In this document: piece after piece, positions 24,568 to 36,845 of the stretch | How the letters are laid out: each line of letters begins with the position of its first letter | Numbering within the stretch: position 1 is the first letter of the stretch | Assembly: GCF_001194135.2 (NCBI RefSeq) | Contig: NC_068982.1 | Location: 4,267,682-4,331,681, forward strand | Direction: 5' to 3' | From: Octopus bimaculoides | Lineage: Eukaryota | Length of the DNA: 64,000 nt | Translations under genes and position numbers: made by a program | Notes under the pieces: model-generated | Seen by the model: the letters and a program-made list of their open reading frames with translations, nothing else | Databases searched by the model: none | What the model was told of the DNA's origin: nothing

Positions 24568-24982
24568 GCCGAAGACAATGTAACTCTTCCCCTTTCGGAG
24601 GCAGGAATCCCCTGCAGTCATTTGGTCAGTAAGTCACCAAATAGAAAGGTCAGTGGGGCCCCATTTAAGCGACCCTTCAGAAATTGAACCACCTTATGAT
24701 ACTCCTTGAGATTTCATTGCATGACAATGCTTATTTGCGGCTAAGGTTTTACCTATTATTTCTAGCAATGTAGGTGCTACCTTACACCGTCAGTGACAAT
24801 TAGCGACAACTGAGTTCGTCCTTTTTGGTTTTATATTGTTTAAAGCTGCCGACGTAATCTTTTTCATATATATATATATATATATGAAAAAAGAACTCAC
24901 TATTCGAATGGACCATAAGAACTCACTATTTAAATGGACCATAAACAAAACTTGACTGTAAAAAGGATTTAGATAGTCCTAT

Positions 24983-25042
24983 CAGGTGGTGCTATTAACT
25001 TAGACATGGCCTGGACCAATCTTTGGTCGAAACATATCTAAG
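24983..25042 (+). mobile_element. Isolated 3' tail of the CR1-group LINE
   Basis: caggtggtgctattaacttagacatggcctg matches the reverse complement of 18880-18911. Confidence 0.8.
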
Positions 25043-25531
25043 TTATATATATATTCATATAGTGGCTGTTGACTCGTAGGTGAGGGTGACCATCGCTAGA
25101 AATGATCTTATCCCAGATGTTAAAGGCAATGGAATGTCAACAATACTCGAGCTTAAATCAAATACATTATCCACAACACTGCTGTGCTTCTCACCCAAGT
25201 AGTTCCGAAGCAAGCACGATCTTTAGGAATTCCTTTCTTCTAGAGAAATAGCTAAACAAAGACTTAGCGGGAGGGGGTCTCTCAATACCAGCTGTTGGAT
25301 GGCTGTTGATTCTACTGGGTTCATCCCTCCTTTGACAGGTTTTGTTGTTCATCCGATAGGGTCTCTAACGAAAGCCACCACCCCTACATACCTTGGTAGG
25401 GTTGCTGGTTTAGTAGCCGACAGCCCGAGTGTGCAATGTTCTGTACTGGGTAACATATTAGCAGTAACACTAAGACTTAGCTGATATGCATACAGACACG
25501 CACAACTACTTACATATATATATAATTGGCG

Positions 25532-25775
25532 GGCGCAGGCGTGGCTGTGTGGTAAGAAGTTTGCTTCTTAATCATGTGGTGTTGGGTTCAGTGCTTCTGT
25601 GAGGCATCTTGGGCAAGAGTTTTCTACTATAGTGGCAGTTCGACGTACATAAGAAGCCCATTATAAATAGATAGATGTATCTTTATGTTTCTGTTTGGTC
25701 GACTGAACCCTTCAAAGTCGTGCCCCAGCATGGCCGCAATGCCGTGGATTAAACAAAAGTTAAAAGAGATAAAAA
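25532..25775 (+). mobile_element. SINE family B, internally deleted
   Basis: Head ggcgcaggcgtggctgtgtggtaagaag and 3' ccagcatggccgca...aaaagagataaaa. Confidence 0.85.
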
Positions 25776-27050
25776 AATACATAATGCGTTTGTGTTTGTG
25801 TGTGAAAGGCCGAGAGAGAAAGAAAGAAAGAATAAGGAAAGAAAACGAGTGACGTTCACTCACGCATCGATGTACATACATGTCTGTGTGTGTGTACAGG
25901 TGAGTGTATTAGTGTGTGTGTGTATATGGGTGCGTGTGTATATGTGTGTGTGTGTATGGATGTGTCTGTGCGTGCGGGCATTCGGTAAGTACACTTTATT
26001 GATTAAAACGTAATAAGGTCTTAGATGATCAGCCTGCAAGTTTTCAGCAATATGGCGGATGTGCAGAACACAGCAAGCAGTTTTCTAAATCTTTATATTT
26101 TTGCATTTTATTTTATTTTATTTCATTTTATTTTATTTCAGTTTTAAGTTCAGAGGTCAGAAAAATTTTAACTCATTTTTATGATACTTCGGAGAAACAG
26201 TTCTTGGCCATATATAAAGCACGTCTTAATTCACAGAGAGAGAGTTAATTAGAGTTCGTTTGACAGCCGTTAGAAATAGTTAATACATCAACGCAGCATG
26301 ATTCCCAGGGTAATTACTATATCTCAGCACAGTTGAATTTTTAAAAACAAGCGTAGGAAGCGGCGGGGGTGGGCTGGGGGCGGTGCTATTGGGTATATCT
26401 CATAAATAATGCAGCGTAGGACTGTGAAATTACATTTTCAGATGTGCCCTTATGGAAGCCGTGGTATATATTGATCTCCGGGATTCTCAAGTGTAAATAA
26501 ATCACCCGAAACGATGTGAAAGTGCATATATNNNNNNNNNNNNNNNNNNNNNNNNNNNNNNNNNNNNNNNNNNNNNNNNNNNNNNNNNNNNNNNNNNNNN
26601 NNNNNNNNNNNNNNNNNNNAGAGAGAGAGAGAGAGAGAGAGAGGAAGGTGATTACATGTTTAAAACTGGATATATACTATATACGTGTATATATGCGTAT
26701 TCCTTCACTGATACCAGTCACTGGGCTGTGCATACCCCCCCACCCCACCCCACTGTGTATGTTTGTATCTGTATACACGTGGTACTTGTACATCCCTATA
26801 TTCATGAATGTACCTGTGTTTCTATACGTATGTATACACGTTAAGAAAGATCAAGAAGAGGTGAAGTCGTGCGAGGAGAAGACAGTCACCGTCTGTATGT
26901 ATATATGCATACATATGTATGTACTGTGTGCTTTTGTACACTCGTGGGTATTTGTGTGTGTACGTGTGAGTTGAGACGTGTAGCAAATAAGTTAAAACCC
27001 TGTCAAAGCTGACTCGGTCATAGCTGCTGCTGCTGAGTTCAATCAATGTA

Positions 27051-28328
27051 TCAGGCTGAGTAAGAAGTAAGCAGCGTTTTGAATCATGCAATTCATCACA
27101 ATACATATTAACAATTTTATTCCTCAAAATAAGCACCATTACAATCAACAAGTTTTTGCCAACGAGTTACAAGTTTGTTTAATTCCAGTAACATAAAAAT
27201 CTGGAGTTCCGGAGCTGATGGACTCTTTGAATGCACTTTCAGCATCGGTTTGATTTTTGAACTCTTTCTCTCGCAGGAAACCATCAAGGTGCTTGAAAAA
27301 GTGGTAGCCGATAGGAGAAAGGTCTGGGGAATATGCTGAGTGGGGAAGAACTTCGTAGCCAAGTTCCCTCAACTTCTGGAGCATCATTAGTGAAACGTGT
27401 GTTCGAGCATTGTCATGAAGAATGATTGACTCTTTTCTGTTGTCGTGTCTGGGACAGAAAAGTAGCATTTTTTCGTTCATTTTGGCAATTTCATGGAAAT
27501 ATGCTTCTGCAGTAATGGCTTTTCCGGATTTTAAGAAGTTATAGTGGATGAGTCCAGCAGTACACCACAAAACAGTCACGATAACCTTCTTTTTGAAGAG
27601 CTCGGGTTTAGGGAAGGTTTTCGGTGCTTCATTTTGGTTCTACCACTGCGTAGAACGTTTTTTATTATTGTACAAAATTCACTTTTCATCGCAAGTTACA
27701 ATACAGTCGAGAAATGAATCGGTCTAGTTACGGAGAAGATGCGAAGAGCAAATTTCATATCCGCGAATTTTCTGATTTTCATTCAAATCGTATGCTATCT
27801 ATTTGTCGAGCTGTTTTGATTTTCCGATCGCATGTAAATAGTTGTAGGCAGTTTTCTGACTAACTTGAAATTTTTTTTGCCAGTTCTCGATTGGTTATAC
27901 GTGGATCTTTCTCAATGACGGTCTTTAATTGAGCATCATCGATGACAGATGAGCGTCCACTTCACTTACGATCTTCAAGGCTCAGGTCTCCACTGCGAAG
28001 TTGTTTAAACCATTTTCGAGCTGACCACTCACTGGTCATTTCCTCACCAAACGTTTCGGTGATATCACAAGCAGTTTCAGCTGCTTTACGTCCTTTTTTG
28101 AAGATGAATAGTAAAATTGCTCGAATATTGCGCTTTGACCGTTCCAATTTTGATGATTGTAACAACGGTGAAAAAAACATCAATGTTAATTTATTGAAGC
28201 ATTTGGGCAAGTCTTTGTTTTGTATTATCAAACAATTGCCAAAAAATGTTTAAAAATTCAAAACTCTGCAAAAATCAGGTACAATTTCCTCATGGTTCAA
28301 AACGTTGCCCACTTTTTAGTGAGCCTGA
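27051..28328 (-). mobile_element. Full-length decayed mariner (D,D34D) transposon
   Basis: ~40-bp TIRs with TA on both sides; HTH region IRAILLFIFKKGRKAAET, HDNARTH, HSAYSPDLSP, WQKLVDCNGAYFEE; 1278 bp; frameshifts. Confidence 0.93.
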
Positions 28329-28539
28329 TATATACCAAAGTATTGGATCTCGTTATATTATGGTAAACGTTCTCGATATGGGTGTCCCAATTTGGCCTCA
28401 GTATAATTAATGAAACCCGTAAATGAATAAATTAAAATTATGTATGTACATGTGTAACTGGGGATTCTAGTTTTCTGCTATCATACCGTTAACCTTCACT
28501 ACCACAAATATAATTAATAAATAAGGATAAACATGAAAT

Positions 28540-28542
<3 letters not shown>

Positions 28543-28589
<47 letters not shown>
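28543..28589. repeat. (AG)n microsatellite
   Basis: Direct reading. Confidence 0.97.
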
Positions 28590-28593
<4 letters not shown>

Positions 28594-28684
28594 GTCAGTT
28601 GTTAGAAAGAAAAGTCGACGAATAACAGGATAACAGGGAAGAGATGCGACTGAGTTAATAAATTCTACCATATATACGTATGCC

Positions 28685-28727
<43 letters not shown>

Positions 28728-29229
28728 AAGCGGCTAACATATACAATGAGCGAACCTACTTAGAATATCAACAAGATCATAATCACTTCCTCTGAGGCGA
28801 AACTTAATGACACTGGATTTAATTAATTTTTCAGATAATTGGATTTAAGCTGCTCTTCCATATAGTTTCAGTTCGTCTTCGTCCATTTAATTATTATCGT
28901 TGAAAGCTTAACGTAGTTAACTGATTTATATACACGCCTGATTTTTCTGCTCATCTATGCACTTACGATTCTGTACATAAAATATAATCGATATGAACAC
29001 TTGATAAAATTAAACATATGAGAAATCCAGGATACAACCACAAGAAGCTAACTAATGAAGTATATTTCAAAATACTTGATACAGTACGAGGATTCACTAT
29101 GAAAATGAAAAGCTACAATTGTGATGTCGTTATTGTATACTATACAAAATTTGAATACATTTGATATAGAAGGTACTAAAGATTAAGTGTACAATAATTG
29201 TACCATACAATGCACATTCTGTTATTAAC

Positions 29230-30300
29230 TGCTCCACTAGCCGTAACCTAGTAATACACAACGTGAGAAGACTTCCGAAGAACCGATGAAAACAGTAGAC
29301 AAGACAAGGAAAATGAACCCATCAACGGGAATATTGATAATATTAAACCAGCTGACAAGACAGGAATAGTTAATAACAGACGGAATTCGGACACTAATAC
29401 CAACACAACACAAACTGCAGTGGGTGATGGTAATAAACTAAGGGGAAGCAGAGACATGTAGCAGGAACTATAACACAATAAATAATAGGGACAGTGAACT
29501 AGGTCTCTGTAAATGTTCTAGGGATAAAGTATGCCCCTTAAACTCTAGCTGTTTGACGAAGAACCTAGTATATAGATGCAAAATCACTTCCGAAGGAAGG
29601 ACGTACTTCTATATAGCGGCCAGTTCGCTAAATTTCAGAAAAAGACTTGCTAATCATTTAAATTCATTTAGAGATAGAAGTAAGATGATCAACACGAACC
29701 TAGGCAAAGTAATCTGGTCCCTTAAAAATAGGAACCATAGCTATATCACAGAGTGGGAGGTGATTAGTACAGCTAAACCGTATCGTGCGGGAGAAAATAG
29801 ATATGAGCTTTGTATAGAAGGAATATAGCAAATCTTCACATCAAGACACAAATTACTTAATAGTAGACTGAAACAGGCTTTAAGATGCTTGCATAAACAT
29901 ACCAAAATATTTCAGAAATTTAACGAACGTTCTAGACAACTCAATATCCCACCCACAGATGGATGGGATAAGAAGGAAAGAAGCCCATATCCCAAAACTT
30001 CACAAATACATGGCTTTGTCATAACTAACCTAGTATATATTCAGTCTGTTTTCTACTACCCAGCAGAAATAATATAGTACGAAAATATATGAATAACTAA
30101 AAACATTACAAGTTCTGCCCAGCTACTACAATACACAATGAAGCCTGCCAAAACAGTAACATTAAGCTCGACCTAATTAGATAGAATCCTGACTTCGGCC
30201 AGCAACTGGTGTGAAACCAAGGTCAACCACACAAGTTTACAATTTCACATTCAAAACAACCTCCCATCACTTCTCTCTGAACCTTAACTAACAAACAACT
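29230..30300 (+). mobile_element. Penelope-like element 3' remnant (GIY-YIG endonuclease)
   Basis: CKCSRDKVCPLNSSCLTKNLVYRC...FYIAASSLNFRKRLANHLNSF...NLGKVIWSLK...WEVISTAKPY...ELCIE, then LLNSRL; element boundaries approximate. Confidence 0.8.
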
Positions 30301-30521
30301 AATTGTTTTCAGTTCGCTTCGAGACTAGCTGGTGGACAAACCCTGAATGAAACTGTACAGAAAATTATGCCCGGTTCCATGTGCAACTACCCATACTATA
30401 TGCAGTGGAAACACGTGTAGGTCGTAATAACCATAAAATATGCTTTGTGAAATTGTAAAATAAAAGGTAATAAATTTTGAGGATGAAGAAGTCTCCATAT
30501 TCTATATCGCTATAATTATTG

Positions 30522-30555
<34 letters not shown>

Positions 30556-30561
<6 letters not shown>

Positions 30562-30760
30562 GAAATTTATAGAAAAACAAAAGACGAAGACAGATGTATA
30601 AACAACAAGCAGGTGTATTAGTTTGAGGCACAGGGAAGTGAGAAAGTCTTTTACATTTCAAGGCTCCGCTCTTCAACAGAAAGGAATAAGAGAAAATAAG
30701 CAGAGAGAGAATAAAAAGCCTGTGGATTTAGCGATCAAGTATGGCGACTGGTTGGGGGAA
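30556..30760 (-). mobile_element. Short repeat carrying a decayed HHR-like motif (CUGUUGA variant, 30648-30683)
   Basis: Minus strand CTTT CTGTTGA AGAGCGGAGCCTT GAA ATGT A AAAG; 3' part matches 50155-50232 on plus. Confidence 0.55.
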
Positions 30761-33240
30761 AAAGTTTGACAAGAGAAGTAGAAAGAAGGGGAGATAATAA
30801 AGTATTGGGGATCCCAAAATGAAGGTGCGCGAGCGTCTGTGTATGTGAGAATGTGTAGTGACTTTGACGTGTGGATGTGTGCGTGTGTAAGTGTGTGCCT
30901 GTGTATATATATGTATGTGTGTATGTAATACGGTTAGTAGCAGGTATTTTGATGGTATATCTGTGTAACCGAGGGACCCGCAGATTAATCTTCATGTATT
31001 AAGAGAGGTGAATTAGTAATTTAATACAACACTAAAATTAAAATGCATTCAGTTAGTTTGATCATCATGTAAATTCCAACTTCACAGCTTTCGATTTTGA
31101 TTTTCATCATTCTGGAGCACATAAAACAGATACCATTATTACAAAATTAATTGATATAAGCTCATTATATCGATAAAGTGGATTGCATTTCTAGTTAGAT
31201 GTCATTTAACTACGCACAACAAAAGGGAAACTGAATGTAGCGCGCTGTCTTTGTTTTCTGTAGCAACATAAGAATATGGTAGATCATTACTTGCAAAGTA
31301 ATTAAATATTCTTTTTTTTTATCGATGTTTTAAAGATGTACAAAATTTCAATCGGAGAAAGAATGGGATATTTTTTAAAATCTAATACAGTATTTAGGAA
31401 TTAATTCTTTATCGCTAGTAATTAAACAGTTTTTTTCTCTTACGAGCGAGATTACTATAAGTTGCTTCTGCAAAGCAACTTATAGTATAAATCAACGTTT
31501 TAAATTAACGTAACAGTGAATTCTGTTTATATTAAATTTAATTATTTTACGACGCGTTGTGTGAGCGTCAGTAATTTTATATCAAGATTAAAGAATCGAG
31601 GCCCAATTTTAGACTTTTAGTTTCCCTTTTTGTTTATTTTCCATTCCTAAATCTATTTCAAACCAATTCTAGATTACGCTGTTTCTTTAAAATAGGTTAC
31701 TGTCATCATTATCTGTATTCAAATTTCGATTTGTTGCGTATTTGCTTTCATACCAAGATATATTTATATTCACTTTTCTTTGTTGTTTCCACCTTTTATC
31801 TTCATAAAAATTGTCATCTGATATCGTTTTGTTTTTAGCTTTCTCTTTTTAGTGGATAAAACATTACATTTTCCTTCTTTCTATTTAAATTTGTGTTCAT
31901 ATCTATCCAATTCTTATAAATATATATTTCCAGTCAATCTTAAAACATTCACCAAAATATACGAAGAAAGACTGTTTCTTGCTAAGGATTCAACCAACTA
32001 AAGAACTATTTATAATACAAACGCATCGATATGTTTTAAATGCATTAGAATATTACTAAAAAAAATCATCCATGCATCTAAAGAGTTCGTCTACATAGAA
32101 TTCTGAAAAGATTAAAAATCTATAGAGCAACTTCAAACACTGATATTTTATTAAAACTGGAATGAAGAAAAATTACTTTTAATGAAATCTGGATTTCAAT
32201 AACTACTTTACCAAATCTGGCAGTAGTTATTATTTTGGCTTTTCCAAACTTTGTTCGATTATATTCTTACATTTTCCATATAAGCAAAATTGATTGCAAA
32301 AACTTTGTTAGAACGATTGAGTGTTATGAATATTTTCAACAGACTTGTAACACATTTTTATATATTACAAAAACAGAGACTGAAGAGATAAAATCTTTCC
32401 GTATTTCATGAAGAGAAGAATTATGTCTGCTAATTCTCTAGAAAACTTTTCTGAAGCATTTTAGATTAAATAATCAGGTTATACCATTAAATTAAACCGA
32501 TTCTAATTAATTGCTGCAGAAACTAACAAATCATCCGAACGACAAAAGGTTGAAAATGATATATCGTTATATGTTTTATTTCCCGAGAGAAAATTATTTA
32601 AAAGCAATAATGGTGTTGAAATTGTTGTTTTTAGAACAGGGTTCCAAGCGATAATTTTATAATTCATCGTTTCGGGTGGCTTATGTGTGAATATATTTTA
32701 AATGTCGATATATCCTCAATTAATACTATACAAAGTAAATAAGAAGAAAATATCAAATAATTATAGTCATATAAATTATAGACGGAACAATATTGTAATG
32801 ATCAACATAAGTTTTTCAACAAACTTATGAATCTCATGAAAAGAATTCGGTGTCAACATTAATGTTAATACTTAACCATCTCTAAATATATCGTCGAAAG
32901 ACAAATTACTGCAATATTCTTCCAGATATAACATCTCTGATGGGTGTAATGTGTTTAAAAACGCGCGCGCGCGCGCGTGTGTGTGTGTAGACATCCGTGG
33001 GAGATGAAAAATAATCACAGTAGTGGCTTGTAAGAACGCCAAATGCATATGAATGACGTGTACTCGCAGCCAGACACATGCCTAAACGAGATTTGTCACC
33101 TCCAATGCATAGAAAACAGTGAATAAAATATTTTGTATTATCAGAAGCCACCTAGCCGAATAAAAACCCTATATACGCAATAGAAGAAGTATTAGTTTTA
33201 AATAATCATCTCTGTATCATACTACGTGGTTGAAAGTTAA

Positions 33241-33278
33241 ATTACTGATGAGGCTCAAGTTGGCCGAAATGCATTTGG
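33241..33278 (+). ncRNA. Minimal type I HHR-like motif
   Basis: CTGATGA GGCT CAAGTT GGCC GAA ATGCAT T TGG; canonical G-C closing pair, palindromic stem III, weak stem I. Confidence 0.6.
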
Positions 33279-33574
33279 CGTCCTCGATAGCTGCTTCTTG
33301 CACGAATTTTGTTTCCGACTTATGTATATTGTATTTCTAAACACATCACATCTATGAGAGATGATATCACCTCTATTATGGATGTAGTCAAATATCTGGT
33401 CAACAAAATATGCAAGTAATTGTTTAAATTCTAACAAGTATATCCTATCTAACGGAAAACTTATCGGAAAGTGACGTTTGTTTTGTAATGAATTTAGTGC
33501 GCTTTTCTTCCACTAAGGAATATATGTGTGTATACATTCATATATACGTACACTCATATCTATATCTACCTATC

Positions 33575-33585
33575 TGTCTGTCTGT

Positions 33586-33665
<80 letters not shown>

Positions 33666-33682
33666 CGATCTATCTATCTATC
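33575..33682. repeat. (ATCT)n microsatellite
   Basis: Direct reading. Confidence 0.96.
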
Positions 33683-33698
33683 TTTGTATATGCACATA

Positions 33699-33922
33699 CA
33701 AGGGGTGCTAAAAGGTTCCTGGCTTTAGGCAAAAAAAAAGGAAGAAATACATGAGGATCAGTTAATCATGATTTTATTCAACATATCCCCCTCTCAGATT
33801 CACACACTTATTGTAGCGGTCTTTCAGATTTTCTAAGCCCCGTAAAAGAAATCGGAAGGTTGGTCTTGCAATCAGGCCTTTCACGACGCCCTTCAAGCTA
33901 GGAACTTTTCAGCGCCCCCTCG
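33699..33922. mobile_element. Mariner-derived MITE
   Basis: TIR caaggggtgctaaaaggttcctggctt vs aagctaggaacttttcagcgccccctcg; TA flanks. Confidence 0.82.
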
Positions 33923-33926
33923 TATA

Positions 33927-33962
<36 letters not shown>

Positions 33963-33988
33963 TGTATGTATGTATGTATGTATGTATG

Positions 33989-34024
<36 letters not shown>

Positions 34025-34337
34025 NNNNNNNNNNNNNNNNNNNNNNNNNNNNNNNNNNNNNNNNNNNNNNNNNNNNNNNNNNNNNNNNNNNNNNNNNNNN
34101 NNNNNNNNNNNNNNNNNNNNNNNNNNNNNNNNNNNNNNNNNNNNNNNNNNNNNNNNNNNNNNNNNCCAAGATTAGAAAAGAATATATATTGCGTGTATAT
34201 ATATATTTAAAATTGAATAAAACCAAGCAGTGATGAATACACATGTACTTGTACACGAACAAAGTCGATGGTAATGATGATAATAATATAACGTAATATA
34301 AATTAAAGATTTTGGTGCATGACTTGTGTATATGTAT

Positions 34338-34387
<50 letters not shown>

Positions 34388-35004
34388 GTATGAGAAAAAG
34401 TATCAAAGGTCAATATAATCGATTAAAGCCGCTAAAGATATTGCTCTAGCTTGGCCGCCACGAAATGACTGAATCTAGCAAAAGAAGATTATGAAGGGCC
34501 ATGGAAAGTTGAACATATACAGGATAGAAACAATTTATGAAATAGGCAAAAGTTCATTGATTTGGAAGAAGTAGTGAATGGATTCATGAAATCGCAGAAC
34601 TTAATCGGTATTTATTTTTTGTCGATGCAGGATGTCTGTGGTAATAAAAGTCAGCTTTGGCAGCATTTGGACTCTGAATCTAAGGAATATAAGAAGACGC
34701 ACGCAAATCCGTCACGATATATTGTCCGATGCTTTAGTGAGTCTGTTACACTTACCACCTTATTAATAATCCATTCGGGATGGATTTAAATTTTCCTATA
34801 TCGGCAAAAATCTGCAGATCTGTAGAGACTTTTTTAAAAAGAAATTTATGACGTTCATATCTTTTTCGAAAACATTATGGACATCGAAAGTGACAAACAG
34901 TTTTCTATAAAATGCTCTTTCTGTAACGGTCCTTCCAATTGCTAAATGAATGCAAAAAACTCTTTCGTTTTAATAATAAATTACACTGGCCAACAACTAT
35001 TTTT

Positions 35005-35238
35005 GTTATTTCTTTATTGCCCACAAGGGGCTAAACATAGAGAGGACAAACAAGGACAGACACAGTGCTTAAGTCGATTACATCGACCTCAGAGCGTAAC
35101 TGGTACTTAATTTATCGACCCCGAAATAATAAAAGGCAAAGTCGACCTCAGCGGATTTTGAACTCAGAACGTAACGGCAGACGAAATACTGCTAAGCATT
35201 TCGCCCGGCGTGCTAACGATTCTGCCAGCTCACCGCCT
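35005..35238 (-). mobile_element. SINE family A variant (same head, different tail) nested in the Chapaev left end
   Basis: Head and core match family A; tail ttgcccacaaggggctaaacatag differs. Confidence 0.88.
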
Positions 35239-36052
35239 TTAAATGGGCAACAACTTTTTTTCTGCTGACCTAAGTTTGAGACCTGTTTTAGAGTAATTTG
35301 AGGTCACTGAGTTTTAAAATGGCAATAGTCTTTTTTTCTGTTACGTCTATTCTTTTTTCTATGGGCTGGTCCATATTGTCCCCACCCGTAGCTCCATGTT
35401 TGAAATGTTTGAATTCCCTTTACACTTTTTGTTATATATGTCGGTGTTTTACAGCACCAAGTAAAAGGATGAATGTTAATGACATTTTGAAAAGATCCTA
35501 CTGGGCTTATTTATAAATTAAAGCTGGTGATCAAGATAAATCATGGGCCCGCACAATGTATGTAAACCCTATGTCGAGAATCTATGCCAATAGACAAAGG
35601 GCACAAGGAAACAACTAACATTTGACATTCCTATGATATGGTGGGAGCCAAAGAACCATGTAAACGATTGCTACTCTTGTCTCACAATGACTTCTGGTTA
35701 TAGAAAATAAGTTACCTTAATCTGGATTCAGCAATTTATCCAGTCCTTCACTCCGATGGAATACCAGAATCCGTTTTCAAGGACCTACCTTCACTGCAGG
35801 ATGAACGTGATGATATATGTAAACCATGAACATGACAGTGATATAGACTTTGTAGAAACATCAACCAAAGAACGTGAAAACTTCAACCAGGCGGAACTTG
35901 ATGGTTTAGTCTGAGACCTAGGTCTGCTAAGAGAGTTATCAGAACTGTTAGCTTCTAGGCTTAAAGAGGAGAATTCGTTGCAGAAAGAAACAAACATGAC
36001 TTTTTATCAGAAAAAGGAAAAAGATCTCTTGGCATTCTTTACAACTGGAAAA

Positions 36053-36845
36053 GATTTTGTTAACTGTTGTGAAGTAGCGGGACAGTTAAACGTGATGGAT
36101 GTTGAACAGTATGATTTTGTTAACTGTTGTGAAGTAGCGGGACTGTTAAACGTGATGGATGTTGAACAGTATGATTTTGTTAACTGTTGTGACGTAGCGG
36201 GACTGTTAAACGTGATGGATGCNNNNNNNNNNNNNNNNNNNNNNNNNNNNNNNNNNNNNNNNNNNNNNNNNNNNNNNNNNNNNNNNNNNNNNNNNNNNNN
36301 NNNNNNNNNNNNNNNNNNNNNNNNNNNNNNNNNNNNNNNNNNNNNNNNNNNNNNNNNNNNNNNNNNNNNNNNNNNNNNNNNNNNNNNNNNNNNNNNNNNN
36401 NNNNNNNNNNNNNNNNNNNNNNNNNNNNNNNNNNNNNNNNNNNNNNNNNNNNNNNNNNNNNNNNNNNNNNNNNNNNNNNNNNNNNNNNNNNNNNNNNNNN
36501 NNNNNNNNNNNNNNNNNNNNNNNNNNNNNNNNNNNNNNNNNNNNNNNNNNNNNNNNNNNNNNNNNNNNNNNNNNNNNNNNNNNNNNNNNNNNNNNNNNNN
36601 NNNNNNNNNNNNNNNNNNNNNNNNNNNNNNNNNNNNNNNNNNNNNNNNNNNNNNNNNNNCAGTATGATTTTGTTAACTGTTGTGAAGTAGCGGGACTGTT
36701 AAACGTGATGGATGTTGAGCAGTATGATTTTGTTAACTGTTGTGACGTAGCGGGACTGTTAAACGTGATGGATGTTGAACAGTATGATTTTGTTAACTGT
36801 TGTGACGTAGCGGGACTGTTAAACGTGATGGATGCTGAACAGTAT
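36053..36845 (+). repeat. 60-bp in-frame tandem minisatellite inside the transposase remnant
   Basis: Units start at 36053, 36113, 36173, (gap), 36666, 36726, 36786; each encodes DFVNCC(E/D)VAGLLNVMD(V/A)EQY. Confidence 0.95.

Noticed and set aside
24892-24943. 26-bp local tandem duplication (similar short ones near 37865 and 52245)
   Set aside because: Ordinary slippage-type duplications with no further signal
25361-25430. GTCT CTAACGA followed by a long hairpin, resembling family-2 HHR
   Set aside because: G5 changed and no GAAA or stem III downstream
36053-36845. 60-bp repeat array as a CRISPR
   Set aside because: Contiguous units with no unique spacers, in a eukaryotic transposase frame
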